Notes: generated by a model from the letters alone, not told the origin. A DNA stretch of 64,000 nt from Camelus dromedarius (GCF_036321535.1 NC_087436.1:61568001-61632000); one strand, 5' to 3'; counted from the stretch's first letter, positions 26,639 to 39,607 are shown. Numbers and translations are program-made.

Positions 26639-26729
26639 TTAGCTCTTGCAAAACATGGCTAACCATGTACAACAGGGGTTGCATGAAGATCTTAATTCAA
26701 ATTGTACAAACTTGTATTAAGCTACTTAC

Positions 26730-26940
26730 CAATAAAACACTCACAAATATTTATTTATTCCTCTCAATAATCCTAAAGGGAATAAATATATTGTGACTCC
26801 CTTATTACTCATAAGACAATTGAAAATCAAAGTGGTTAATTTCTTGAGTGAGGTCACAGAGTCAGTCAAAGTCATGTTGCAGAGACTGGAATTCTGATCC
26901 AGGGAAGCTAGTTTAAGGGTTTAAGTTACTTACAACAGCG
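26730..26940 (-). mobile_element. MIR SINE
   Basis: atttattcctctcaataatccta...gaggtcacagag...gcagagactggaattc. Confidence 0.65.
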
Positions 26941-27329
26941 TTGTCCTGATTATCTGCGGAAGTTCTCCAAGCCCTCCCACCAAAGCCTTTAGGATGCAGA
27001 CTGTCCAGCTCTGACGTTATAAGCTACTCCTTATTTTCAGCTGAGGAAAATAGTGTTGCATAAATATTTTCTTTATAGTTTACTTTGTACATTATCAGTG
27101 GAGAAAATAAGTATTATTTTAGAAGTTGATCAGACTTTTACACTGGTCAGTAGTAAACTCTCTGCATGCAACAGTAAGAGATTGTTCTGTAAAGAATTTA
27201 TATGTAAATGTATATGTAGAAGAGCAAATGGCCAAGAGAAACAGAAAAATTTAAAGAGTAAGTTTACATTCCTAGCAAATTTCAAGTGCTTGTAAAGAAT
27301 ATAAAAATGCTTAAAAATAATAAACGTCA

Positions 27330-27705
27330 ACTTCAGAACCTTTGCCCTGGGCTTCTCCCTGAGTATGCTTTTCCCTTGGGTGATTGAATGATTCTCTCCT
27401 CTACCTTCTTCAGATGTCTGTTCAAATGGGAAGCCTCTCTTACGTAGAATGGTAGCTTTCCTAACCCTGGCACTTCCTATCTTCCTGCCATGTTTTTTAT
27501 TTTCTAAAGCATGTATCAATTTTTTCACTATATGATTAGTATTACCTGCAATTTATTATTGTTCATCTCACCTACTAGAGGAGAAACTTAATGAGGGCAC
27601 AAAAATTTGCTTCTTTTGTTTTCTTATTAATTCCCAGCTTCTAGAAAAGTTCCTAACACATAGTATATGTGAAACCAATATTTGTTGGTCATATGAATGA
27701 ACAAA
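27330..27705 (+). mobile_element. L2 3' end
   Basis: cctttgccctgggcttctccctgagtatgct ... cctaacacatagtat...atatttgttgg...tgaatgaa. Confidence 0.8.
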
Positions 27706-27709
27706 AACA

Positions 27710-29335
27710 GGTACCAGGGGAACCAGATAGCAGGGCTTATTATATAGCAGTAGAAATGAAGGCAGTGCAGACTTGTCATAGGGTAAACACCAGGTCGAAG
27801 AAACAAAAGCGAGTCGAGAAACAGACTCAAGCTTGTTTGGAAACTATACAAAAACAGAGTGCCATTGCACATCATTGGAGAAGACAATGGACTGTTCAAT
27901 GTAAGGTGCTGTGAACATTAAGTTTAAAATCTCTAGTCATCAAAAAGCATCATAAATAAAAGTGAAATGATGAGCCACAAACTCTGTAAAGATAGTTGCA
28001 ACATATAAACTGACAGAGAATTAGCATCCAGAATATATAATTTTAAAAGTACATACCAAGGAGAGAATGACAATTTATGCCAACAACACTTCACGAAGAA
28101 GAAATATGTGAAATGGTGGTTATCCTCATTATCAGCCATGAAGAGGCCCATGGGAGCCACAATAAGATGAAAAAGTCTACAAAATCAAGTCTGACAAAAT
28201 CACATCAAGTCTGATGTGGAGCACCCCTAATGCTCCATACTGCACTACTGATAGAAATTAGTTCAATATTTTGGAGAAACTTTTGTAATTATTAATAAGA
28301 TATTGCTTTATATTTATTTATATTAATCTTAAATACAAAAAGATATACACCGGTTCTTCTCTCCTGTTTAACTCATAGGAGGATTAAATTCTCCTGCTGT
28401 GTTAATGCTCAGCATAACTGTGAGTCTTGCATAGATGAATAAAATGTGAATGAAAATGATATGTTTTGTTTACAAGTCAAGTACATGAGTGCTAGTACAC
28501 ACAACTCCTAGTACACACAACTCCATGCACTCTCTTGCTCTGCTCCTGGGACCATGTGAGTGTATGGTGATACAGAGTTACCATACACTCAAGCATTATG
28601 AATGCTAAGCCTGTGGCTGAAGGACAGCTCCCCTGGAGCATTACCTGGACAGCAAACTTATGCAAGCAAGTCCTTAACTATTGTGTGTTAAACTACTGAG
28701 ATTTTATAGCTGTTAGTTGCTGCAGCGTTAACTAGTTTATCTTGACTGATAGCTCCTAAAATACAGGAGCTTATGTCTTTGTAGGTACCCTATGAAAGCT
28801 CTTTTATGTACACAGAAGGAGACGTGCATAGTGAAGTTTTAGATAGCAAATATTTCAATAGCAGAAATTTAGAAAGAATCCAAAAATTCATCAATAGAAG
28901 AGGAAATTTGTGATATAGACATACAATGGAATGACGTAGTAAAAGTGAATAAATTGGAGTCACATGTATCAATAAGGATGGATTTTTAAAATATAATGTT
29001 AACCAAAATAAGCAAGTTGAGAATACATATAGCAGTACCTATACTATGTGTATATAAACAATTGTATCATGTAAACACATGCAAAACAAGACTACATATT
29101 ACTTAGGAACAGATATTTCAATAAAATAAATACATAAAGATGCTAAAAATCAAATTCAAGAGAGTAACTATCTGGAAAGGACAAAAATGTGATTGAGGAT
29201 GGGTTCACCACAGGCTTCAATTGTAGTGAGAGTATTTTAATTTCTTAGTGCTGACTTCAGTTGCAGGGTATATAGGGAACTCTACTATTCTTTATAACTT
29301 TTGCACATCTTAATATTCTTGCTAATAAAAATACT
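27710..29335 (+). mobile_element. Ancient L1M (L1ME-like) 3' region, split by an MLT1 LTR
   Basis: Degenerate L1 ORF2 3' and 3'UTR motifs (attagcatccagaatatataa; atacaatggaatgac; tgtatcaataaggatggattt). Confidence 0.7.
28345..28752 (+). mobile_element. MaLR LTR (MLT1I/J-like)
   Basis: End ttgtgtgttaaactactgagatttt...gttgctgcagcgttaactagtttatcttgactgata. Confidence 0.65.
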
Positions 29336-29626
29336 AACCATTTATATAAATACAAGATATGTAAGCAACTGTGGACTATCTTTTACAATCAGCTCTGTAC
29401 TATGGACTGATTTTTTTTTTTAATGAAGAAACTTTAAGAGATCATCAATAAATGAGAGGTCCAAATATATTTAAAAATATTCATTGGAAAATTTATATGA
29501 AAAGCACTCCTAAATTCTGTTGATTAGCAGTATATGGACATGGACATATGAATCAAGAAAGTTTGTGAGACTTTTTAGAGAATAAAAGGCATCAATTTGC
29601 ATTTGGATATGTGGATGCAATCCATA

Positions 29627-30249
29627 TGTATTAATCAGGGTAGGCTAGCTGATACAAAAAATAACCTTCCAGTTTGAGATTTGCAAATGTTAGCTACTAT
29701 ATATAAAAACAGATTAAAAAAAACCAAGTTTCCTCTGTATAGCACAGGGAACTATATTCAATGTCTTGTAATAACCTTTAATGAAAAAGAATATATGTAT
29801 GTATGAGTGACTGGGATATTGTGCTGTACACCAGAAACTGACATATTGTAACTGACTGTATTTCAAAAAAAAATAACCTCCCAAATTTCTGGCTCAACTC
29901 AATAGAAATGCATTTCTTACTAACATAGCATTTAATTTGGGTGTATGGCAAATAGATTTCTATGAAGTAATTCAGAGACCAAAGCCTCTTCCATCTTGTG
30001 GTTCCGGCTCTGCTATGTTTTCCTGAGTCCTATTCTATCAGACAGAAGGATGGAGAAAGCATTGAGGGTCACACAGGGAAATTTTAGTGATCAGTCCTGA
30101 AGTGATATGATTGAAGTGATATACTTTCATTATATTCTGATATCCCAATATTAGAAAAATAGTCACATCTGACTTTAAAGGAAGCCTAAAATGTAGTGTA
30201 AGAGGAGAATGAAGTGAGTTTGGTAAATGCATAGCCAACCTTAGTCACA
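29627..30249 (-). mobile_element. Old MaLR LTR (MLT1K/L-like), interrupted by a young L1
   Basis: tgtattaatcagggtaggctagctg ... ttagtcaca; flanks ccata/ctata resemble a 5-bp TSD. Confidence 0.65.
29672..29873 (+). mobile_element. ~200-bp L1 3' end, camelid-like
   Basis: gtttgagatttgcaaatg...ctgtatagcacagggaactatattcaa...tgtgctgtacaccagaaactgaca...A-run; TSD AAAAAATAACCT(T/C)CCA. Confidence 0.85.
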
Positions 30250-30699
30250 CTATATTTAATATAAATGGTGAAATTGGATTATAAACAAATGGCTGAATTC
30301 TGATAATCAGTGATGGATCATCCAACAAGCAGAATTAGTATGAGCTAGAACACTAGTCAGAGCCAATAAAAGTATTCTTTGAAAGAATTAGATGCTTGAT
30401 ATTGCAAATAAACTATCAAATATATCATCATGGGAAAAGCAACTTTATATTCTTTATACGTATTTTATGTACAGGATGGTTTGCTTTTTAATACCTTGAG
30501 GATGCACCGTCAGTTATCCTTTTAGAGCTTAAAGCCTCTGAAGAAATGCACCTCTACCTTAAACCTTTCTGAGCTAGATACTTAGGAGGAGGAAACACTA
30601 ACCAGCTGTGGGATGGAGGGCTGCAGTAGGGCATCCAGCATATTTAAGGAGAGAGACAGCAGAATGAGCAGAATGATCGCAGAGAATTTTGCACTTGGT

Positions 30700-30855
30700 G
30701 TTATGAAATTTAGGTCAAGTCTTAGTGCTGACTTCACTAGTCATGGAATTGTAAGGAAGTAATTTAATCTATCTGTATAAAATTTACTCCATGATACAAT
30801 GAAGGTACAGAACTAAATATTTTCTAAGTCTCTTTCCAGTGTTAAAGACTCTGTC
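30700..30855 (+). mobile_element. MIR SINE
   Basis: cttagtgctgacttcactag...aagtaatttaatct. Confidence 0.55.
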
Positions 30856-31129
30856 TGTCTAAGTTAGTCATTCTAACTGTAATCTTTCCCACATTACAAA
30901 CAGCAATTCAACAAAATGTGGTTCTTTCTGAGCAAAGCCAATGAACAGCTGACAGGTCAAATGGGCAGATAAAACTTTAAAAGCTTTGTTCATGGTTGCC
31001 TCAGTTACCCTTTTTTTAGGGCATTCAGTGAAGAAAGGACAGTAATTTTTCAGTTGTATCTGCACGTAACTATAGTAGCACATTTCAGAATTTCTGGAAT
31101 CTTTTTCTATTTCACATTCCTTAACCTTT

Positions 31130-31330
31130 TTTTTGTGATTTCTTTTTTTCAGTAACAGTGTAGTATCACCATATATATTTTCTTTCCTTCTGATTCCTCC
31201 CACTTGAGTGTAAGGTCAAAGAAGGCAGACATTTTTGCCTATTTGTTTTTAATGTTGTACTTCCAATACCTTGAACAGTACCTAGAACATAGCACAATAT
31301 TCACTAAATATTTACTGAGGGAGCAAATAT
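31130..31330 (+). mobile_element. L2 3' end
   Basis: cacttgagtgtaaggtcaaagaaggcagac...gaacagtacctagaacatag...taaatatttactga. Confidence 0.7.
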
Positions 31331-33804
31331 ATTATGAAGTCATGGAGACTTCATAATCATGAGCAGAGTTTCCAAGGAGGCAAAGATGAACACTTTTGCA
31401 GTTTGGATATGAAGATCTTTTTGAGAACAGCAGACTTAGTGTTGCATTGTATTTCTAACTCACTGGAAGTAAATCACGACTGGGAAGGACAAATCTGTTG
31501 GGGAGCAATTTTTCCTAAGTTTGAAACCTTTTAAACCTCTAAAATTAAAAAAAAAAAGTCATAAAAGATGGCAAACATTGCAAGAAATTCTTTCAATAGG
31601 GACTATTCTAACAATATTTAAATAGGAGAGTAACAGAGTTTTAAGTTTCAGGCAGAATTTTCATGAGGATTCTAATTTAATTCAAAAGTAGCAAATACAA
31701 ACAATTCTTAATCTGCTCAGTATAAAGCAAGATAACAATACACACAAATCTCCATGTCCCCTACCTCAAATCAGCATCTAATTATCAATGTTTATATATT
31801 ATTCCAAGTTCTCATTCAGATAACTCTAGACCACTGTTTAATCATGATAGATTATGAAAGCAGCATCATTTGTGGTGCAGGCTATGATCTGCTATGATTC
31901 CTCTCCAAAATTATTATGATGAATCACACTTGTCATTGATTTTTGAATGAGACAAATCCAAAACTAATTTGCTATCTGCAATCCAGATGTAATTGGCTAT
32001 GTATCATAAATCTTCCATGAAAATATTCTTCAGTTCCATTTCTGTTGACAAACAAAAGTGTTTTTTCATAGTTCACTCCTCAAGAAAAGCAATAGAGTAT
32101 AATTAGAAGGGAAGGGAGAAAGTGCATAGTTGACTTGAATATAAAAAACAGAAAATGCCTTGACCAAATTGGCTGCATAAATGAATCTCTTATCAAAATC
32201 ATTGGAAATTGCATCTCTCCATTTTTGGTCCAGGGCATCACTACCCTAATACAGCCATAAAATATTTCATCTTCATGCTAAATTGTGGAAATTAAACAGT
32301 GCTTATAGAGTGCTCTAGAATTTGAAAATTACACTTATTTATGTTGAAATAGGAGAAAGTTCAGTTAAAAAGTATTGAGGGGGGCAGAGGTAGAATTCAT
32401 TATTACACTATAGTGAACATAAAAATTTAAACAATTTTTGTTTTATTCCCTGGAGAGAGTCTTGAATATTAATTAACTATGGCACAAATAAGACATAGAA
32501 TATAGTTTCCAATTCCACAGAATCCAGAAAGCTTTGTACCAGGGCATACCAACTACAGCGCTGACTCTGGGGTGTGTGTGTGTGTGTGTGTGATCTTTGA
32601 AAAAGTTATCCTCATTTGAAATGGGAAGTAGTTGAGAAATTCTGCATGAGTATAAACCTATCATTCCTATTCTTAAAAAATGACTTAAAGTTTTTTTTCC
32701 TCAATAGTAGGTCTTCCTATGTATGAAGCATAGCACTCTTCATTGTGCAGATTTCCAGCATCAGTATAATACATCTTTTCCAAATATATGAAGAAGGCAT
32801 TTTGGCCAAAGCTCAGAAAGTGTAAATAGACCCCTTCTCAAAAGGAAACAAAATATTCTCTGAGATGAAACGTGTCTAATCACAAATCTCATTTCTTTTC
32901 TCCATAAACATTCCTTTGTGCTATTATTCATCTAATCCTTACTTTTAAATTAACCTCATATAATAACGTCATTAATAATACTTAGCACTTCTATAGTGCC
33001 TTCCATCTTCAAAGGACTGAACAAATGTTAAATAATTCATGCACATTTAAAGAAGTCAGCAAAAATATAGAACTCCCAAATTCTTATGAGATGAGCAAAA
33101 ATAGTTCATTATTAATTTTTGGATGATGTGATTTGTTTAATCCATTTTCTTAAAGTATTTTTTACCTTGTCATATAAGAGGAATAATGTTCACAGTGAGG
33201 AAGTATATGAGCCTATAACTAGCTTTTACAGATGATTAAATGCTGAGGTTGAAGCCGAGGCTTTTGATAACTGCTAGAGCCATTTATGACCTCATATAGT
33301 ACTCCACTGTGGAACATTAGGTCTTAAATAACATCAGCCATGTGCTTTTACTGAAAAAAGGAGAAAGAAAAATAAAATCCCCTTTCAGATGAAGACAAAA
33401 TACATGTAGAGAACCCTATGGAAATATCATAATGAGTGAAATACATGAGTAAAATTGTATTTAGTGAAGGTTCTGTAATAGATTTGGGAACCAGGGTTTC
33501 ATTTGACACCTGTCTGAGTAGCCTTTGGATAGAAGTCTTATGAAGGGATATTTCTTTTATCTACAGGCATAAAAAGTGCATTGGGGTTATAATAGCTCTG
33601 GCATTAGTCACTGCTATACAGAGGACTCAAACCTCCACACAAAGTGACTTGACACTTACAGTGTTCACTTGCTTACATTGAACATGGTCTCTCTTAGTGG
33701 ACAATTTGTGAAAAATCACATCTAATAATACTATTGGATTGACAATGTCATGCCTAAGATTTACATAGTGGGAGCCATTTGGTGTACAGATGTGCCCAGA
33801 GAGG

Positions 33805-34032
33805 TACCAGGGTTTAAGAGTACAAACTTGGAACAAGTAGTATATAAGCCATACAGATATAGTGCACAGTATAATGAATATAGATAATAATATTATAATA
33901 TAGCTATGTAATGTGATAAATAGTACACCAGCAGTCATATTATAATGTATAAATATATCAAAATAACATGCTATATACCTTAAACTTATACAATATCATA
34001 TGTTATATTTATTCAATAAAAAGAAAAAAAAA
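33805..34032 (+). mobile_element. L1 3' end (L1MA-like)
   Basis: gagtacaaacttg...tataccttaaacttatacaat...caataaa plus A-tail. Confidence 0.75.
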
Positions 34033-34138
34033 CCCTAAAGAAAACCATTTGAAAAACCATCTACATTGCTTTAGAATGTATCTAACAGAATGTAAAGAGT
34101 ATTGCTCTTAGGTTGACACTTTAAAATATGTTCATTGG

Positions 34139-34668
34139 GTGTCAAAAATTGTAATCATAAGGGGAGGAGGGTACAAATGCAGGGTTGATAAAATGCATTT
34201 AAATTAAGCAATCAGCAACTAAAAACAATCAGGTATATTTTTGGATTGCTATTTACCTCCTGGTAACCACAAACCAAAAGTCTGTAATAGACACACACAC
34301 CCAAAAGTGAAAGAAATCCAAACATAACACTAAGGATAGTCATCAAATGACCAGACTAATTACCAGTAATGAAATTGAATCAGAAAAATAATTAAAAAAA
34401 AAACAAACTCCCAACAAACAGAAGTCCAGGACCAGATGCAGAAAAAGCTTTTGACAAAATTCAGCATCCATTTAAGCTAAAAACTCTCCAGAAATTGGGC
34501 ATTGAGGGAACATACCCCAACATAATAAACACCACATATGACAAGCTCATAACTAACATCATACTCAACAGTGAAAAACTGAAAGCATTTCCTCTAAGAT
34601 CAAGAACAAGACAAGGATGCCCACTCTTACTACTTTTATTCAACATAGCGTTGGAAGTGCTAGCCACT
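34139..34668 (+). mobile_element. Internally deleted L1 inter-ORF/ORF2 fragment
   Basis: [11 protein letters not shown] fused directly to [12 protein letters not shown], then [11 protein letters not shown]...[32 protein letters not shown] (L1 RT). Confidence 0.9.
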
Positions 34669-35460
34669 GGTAGAAGAGGCCATGTCCTGGCACAGCTGAC
34701 CACATGTTCTGATGTGTCCCAAGGCTGGTGCCAGTCCACTGGTGGGCAGGGCCAGGTCCTGGGGCAGCTGGCTGTGGGATCTAGGGGTCCCTGGACTGGT
34801 TCTGGACCATTGGTGGGTGGGTAAGCCCCTAGTGCTAATAGGCTAGAGAGAGAATTTTAGCACCAGTGTCCTCATGATAGAGCAAGCTCACAAAAATGTT
34901 TACTGCTAGTATCTATGTCCCCAGGAGGAGACTCAGTTGCCTCCTGTCTCTCCCAGAGGCTCTGCAAGATCGGCTAGTGGATCTGGACCAGGCTTCTTTA
35001 AAATTAATGCCTCTGTGCTAGGAGTCATAGTATGTGAGGTTTTTGCTCAGGCCCTTTAAGAATGGAGTCTGTTTTATATAGCCCTCTGGAACTCCCACAT
35101 GCAAGCCTTGCTAGCCTTCAAAGCCAGACATTCTGAGAGCTCATCTTCCTGGTGCAGGACCCCTGAGCTGGGGAGCCTAGTGTGTTAATTCAATCTCTCA
35201 CTCCTTCTCGAGAACCTGTGTAATTGTGATTATCTTCCCATTTGTGTGTCGCCTACCTGGGGGTATAGGTCTTGACTACATCGTGTCTTTTGCCCTCCCA
35301 CCCATCTTGGTGTGACCCCTTCTTTATATCTTTAGTTGTGTAAAATCTTTTCTGCTAGTCTTCAGGTTATCTCAAAGACAGCTGCTCTGTATATAGTTGT
35401 AATTTTGGTGTGCCCATGGGAGGAGGTGAGTTCAGGGTCTTCTATTCTACCATCTTGGCC
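34669..35460 (-). mobile_element. L1 5'UTR
   Basis: GC-richer segment whose reverse complement starts ggccaagatggtagaatagaagaccctgaactcacctcctccc, a laurasiatherian L1 5' start. Confidence 0.85.
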
Positions 35461-35889
35461 TCAATATTTGTCTCTTGTTTTTAAATAAGAATTTTCCTAC
35501 AGTAAAATTTTAAGGATGTAAATTTGATTTCACAGGCCGATGTGCAAAAACTATTGGTGTTCTAGTTAACAGTAACTTTATTTTACAGGTAATTTGTTGG
35601 GTGGCTCCGCCTAACAGTGCAAGGGGCAATTTCGTACAGATGCTCACCACTTCTCTGTATCTCAGTAGGATGCGGTTGTGACATGTGTACATGTATATAT
35701 TTCCCCATGAATATTAAGTTTCTGCTTTTCAAACGCATACCCAATAAGTATAGTGTATGGGCAGAATTTGGTCATGTAGAAAGTTAATTAACCCCTTATG
35801 TGTCTTCCTGATGTAACAATGGAGTACAGTATAACCTGAGAGTGGCATTCATTTTTACCTTTTAATAGACGTTGTTTGGTATTTGCTGT

Positions 35890-37225
35890 GTGGAATCAGT
35901 TTATTGTTTTGCCACAAAATCTTGTAACAATAATCTAGAACTTCCTCGGCCTTTAGCAATAAGCTTTTATTAAATTTATTTAATTTAACCTCTGAGGTGG
36001 TTGGCAGGTGGCTTTGCTAATTTTGATGGGATTCAGTTTCATTTTCAGGGTGTTTCAGGCTATTAAATGATTTGGAAAAACTTCAGCTGGAATGGCTGAG
36101 TCTGCTTGGCTTTGCTTCACATGTTTACATCTTCCTGCAGACTGGCCTACACATGTCCTTCTCATGTTTACAGAAGAGGGCTATAGCAAGGGCAAGTACA
36201 GTTGTACTAGACCATTCCAAGTTTCTGTTTGCATCATGTTTGCTAACAACTCATTGGCCAAGGCATGAGACATGAAAAAACCCAAGTGAAGGGAATTATA
36301 TCAATCCCCCTTCCACCTACCCTGGGGAGATTTGAAAAGTTATATGGGAGAATATGTAGATACAGGGAGAGAAAATAATTGGGTCCATTAATTAAGTTAG
36401 TATGGTCTTTACTTATAGTTACAATTATTTAATCAACCTTTAATATATAACATTTGCTCAACACTATTCCACCCAGACCCTCAAATATCTTGCAGTCACA
36501 GCATCAGTCTCACATGGTCCAAAACCTCATCCAGGTTTGGATGTGGTTCCTCTCGATTTGGAGAACTATAAAATAAAAAGGCAGATTATCTGCCTCCAAA
36601 CACTCAAACTTTGTGGCTTACTATATCTTAAAAAAACCTGGACTTTAAGGCCAGGGACTATAATTATATGAAGGTTTGTTCACTAATATGTCTGGTGATA
36701 GATGCAAGTCAGGACCTTAGCTGGATCTACCAAGTGTAATATCTTCACATGGTCCTCCCATATAATGAACTTAGCTTACTCACAATGTAGTGGTAGGGTC
36801 CCACCAGAAGTATTACAGAGACCATTTTTAAGATATGGATGGAATACTGCTTGCAGCAAATCTGCTGATTATACCTAGGTGTTAACTCATTATCACATGA
36901 TTTAGCATGGTCTTATCTGGAGCAACTGGGAAACCTCAGTTTATTCCTTATGTCTCCTATCCTTTATTAGGCTAGACCAGGTATCTCCTTTCATGACAGT
37001 ATTAGAGAGCAAGTGTGAAAATGAACCCAATTGTATAAACCCATTTTAATCTTTTCTTTGCATCATATTTGTTAATATATCATTAACCAAAAGCAATACA
37101 TGGCTGAACCCATCGGTGGAAATTATGTCTACTCCCGTGTCCATGGGAGGAGATTGCAAGGTTGTATAGCAAAACATGTAGATACAAGAAGGGGCAAAGC
37201 ATTGGGGTCGTCTACTAATCTACCA
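35890..37225 (-). mobile_element. Cluster of old MaLR (MLT1) LTR pieces with probable MLT1-internal sequence at about 36410-36610
   Basis: Two copies of the MLT1 motif catcatgtttgctaacaactcattggccaagg / catcatatttgttaatatatcattaaccaaaagc, each followed by tgtagatacaRg. Confidence 0.65.
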
Positions 37226-37245
37226 ATTTTAAATCTTCTGACTCC

Positions 37246-37276
<31 letters not shown>

Positions 37277-37318
37277 CAAAACAAAACAAAACAAAACAAA
37301 ACAAAACAAAAAAACAAA
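37246..37318. repeat. (CAAAA)n microsatellite flanked by 14-bp direct repeats
   Basis: Seen directly; CTTCTGACTCCAAA at 37235-37248 and 37319-37332. Confidence 0.95.
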
Positions 37319-39607
37319 CTTCTGACTCCAAACTTCTAATTCTTATGCACAAGACTGATAAACATTGTTAGTTACCTTAGATTATATTCTATTGGAATTG
37401 TGTTAAGTTTTTCACTTCAGATTTCACAGTGCTTACAACTTATTTTGTGCTTCTAAAAATACTAATCAAATACCAAGCAAAAATTTTCTCTTTGAGGAAA
37501 GTACCTTTTATTTTCTTGGTTAACAGGTGTGGAAACCTCAGTAGATGGTTTAAGACACTTGCTAAATTTCCTTCCCTTCAGGGACAAAAAGTTAATGGTT
37601 TTCAGATTAGTTCTATTTGTCAGTTAGAACACTTGTTTCTACAATTAAACCATACTAAATAGCAGAAAGTTTATTTCAGTTGAGGGTAGTTGTCTCATGT
37701 CTTTTACACAAATATTTTATTTTATTCTATATTAAGTGCTTGAATGAAATTTTTCCTAATGACAGATTGAGACTGTATTTTTCCAAAACCATAAACAGGA
37801 GTAAATATATTTCCACAAGCATAACGCATGATTGCATATGCTTTGATCATTCAGGATTTTCTTGCAGAATAAACTATATTGTCATGGGTAACCATTAGGG
37901 GAAGTATAGATGACTAGAATGATAATCATTAGTTGTTACCAAAGCTTTCATATAAGAAACCACACCCCTGACATAAAAGTCCACTTTATTTTCTTTAAAC
38001 ATATTGTAGTTGAAATTTATGGGAACCTTTTAGCCTTCTGTGGTCCTTTATTTCCCAAAGTAGTCACTAAAGGAAAATTAACTAATATCTGAGGACAGGA
38101 ATGTAATATTTTTGTGACTTTCAACCCCAAGAGCAAAACCCATTAGTAGCTATAGATTTTTCTCTGCAGCAGTGAGCTAGTGTATAATCAATTTATATTA
38201 GTCTAACACTGTATATCAGAATGGTAAGTCTTGCTGGGTCTGTGCTTCTGTTTCCTGTGAGAGCTTGTACTAGGCTGTGCATTAAGTCTAAAAGATAAGA
38301 CACAAGCTTGAGTCTCAATAATTATAAAAAAATCCTTTGTGTCTGACCTCAGTCACCTTCTTAACAATCCCTGAGCAATAAACATTTATTTTAATCAATA
38401 GCTTTCCTCTGGATGAAACAACTTAATTATTAAAACTTCTGATACTTTAAACAAATTAACACTAATAATAGGCAATGTGTTTACCTAATGTTTTCAGCTC
38501 TTCTTTTTTTCTTTCTTTTCTTCTCTCTCTCTCTCTTTTTTCTGTTCTTTTTCTTCTTTCTCGACCTTTCTTTTTCTGGTGCTCTGTCTTATTTTTCTCT
38601 TTGTTGCATTTTCAAGAACTAGTTTTCTTTGGAGTATGGTGATTTTTAGGTACTGAGAAATATTCCCTTGACCAACTTTTTATAAAAATATGTTGGACCA
38701 GTGGCTCAGAGAAAAATATGAAAATGTCATTATTCAGAGTATGTTTTCATACTGGAGTTCTTCCTATTTTAAATTATCAACAATTCTGTTATTCTTAGCA
38801 ATATGACATTTACATATTAGACCTATAATGATCGTTATGACAGTCATTGCATGAACTACTTTTCCTGAACTCATAGTAGTGAAATAGGTAAAATCTTTCC
38901 ATCAAAGTCTTTGTTCTTATCAAATTTCCTACCATTGAATTTTTTTTTTATCTTTTCCATTGTCCAAGTGTGTGATTTTTGGAACATTCTTGTGTATTAT
39001 TATATTGCTTTGACTAAGTTTCCCCTATTGATGCATTTCTTTAATGAATTCTTAAACCTAAAAGCATACACACACATACAAAATTACATAAAATACTGTT
39101 AAGTATCTCTTGAGTGGAAAAAGGAGGAGGGTGGAGGAAAGAGGGTGCTAGTTTTTCATCTTTTCTAGTCTCCATTCTATCTGCTGATTGTGGATATAAT
39201 ATAAAAGCAAAAGCTTGCTCTGGCACAGCATGGGGAGTTGTGGTATCCCTTTTTTATTAATGCTGCATGAGCACTGGAAAATGATAAATATGTCTTTGCT
39301 GAGTACCATGACAACCATCAGACCTTTAAGGATACATATTATTCATTTTAATTACTTGTTAAAAACTTGCTAACATACATAGGAAAATATGGATTTCATC
39401 TTTCCTTGGTCTTTTGGGCTAAAAACCTTGTTTCTTTTAATGTTTTCTGAATAGTTTATGATTTCAGAAGGCAGATGCTTCAAAATGATTGAGGGTTAAA
39501 TGATGATAATAAAGGATTATTACTTCTCATCTTGCTGGGATCTGAAATCGTCACTGAGTGCTTGGCTTGTTCTATGTTTCTGTTTACATTCCTGGGAGGA
39601 AGGACTT

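Noticed and set aside
37100..37339. ORFs with KTKQN / FCFVL repeats
   Set aside because: Translation of the (CAAAA)n microsatellite.
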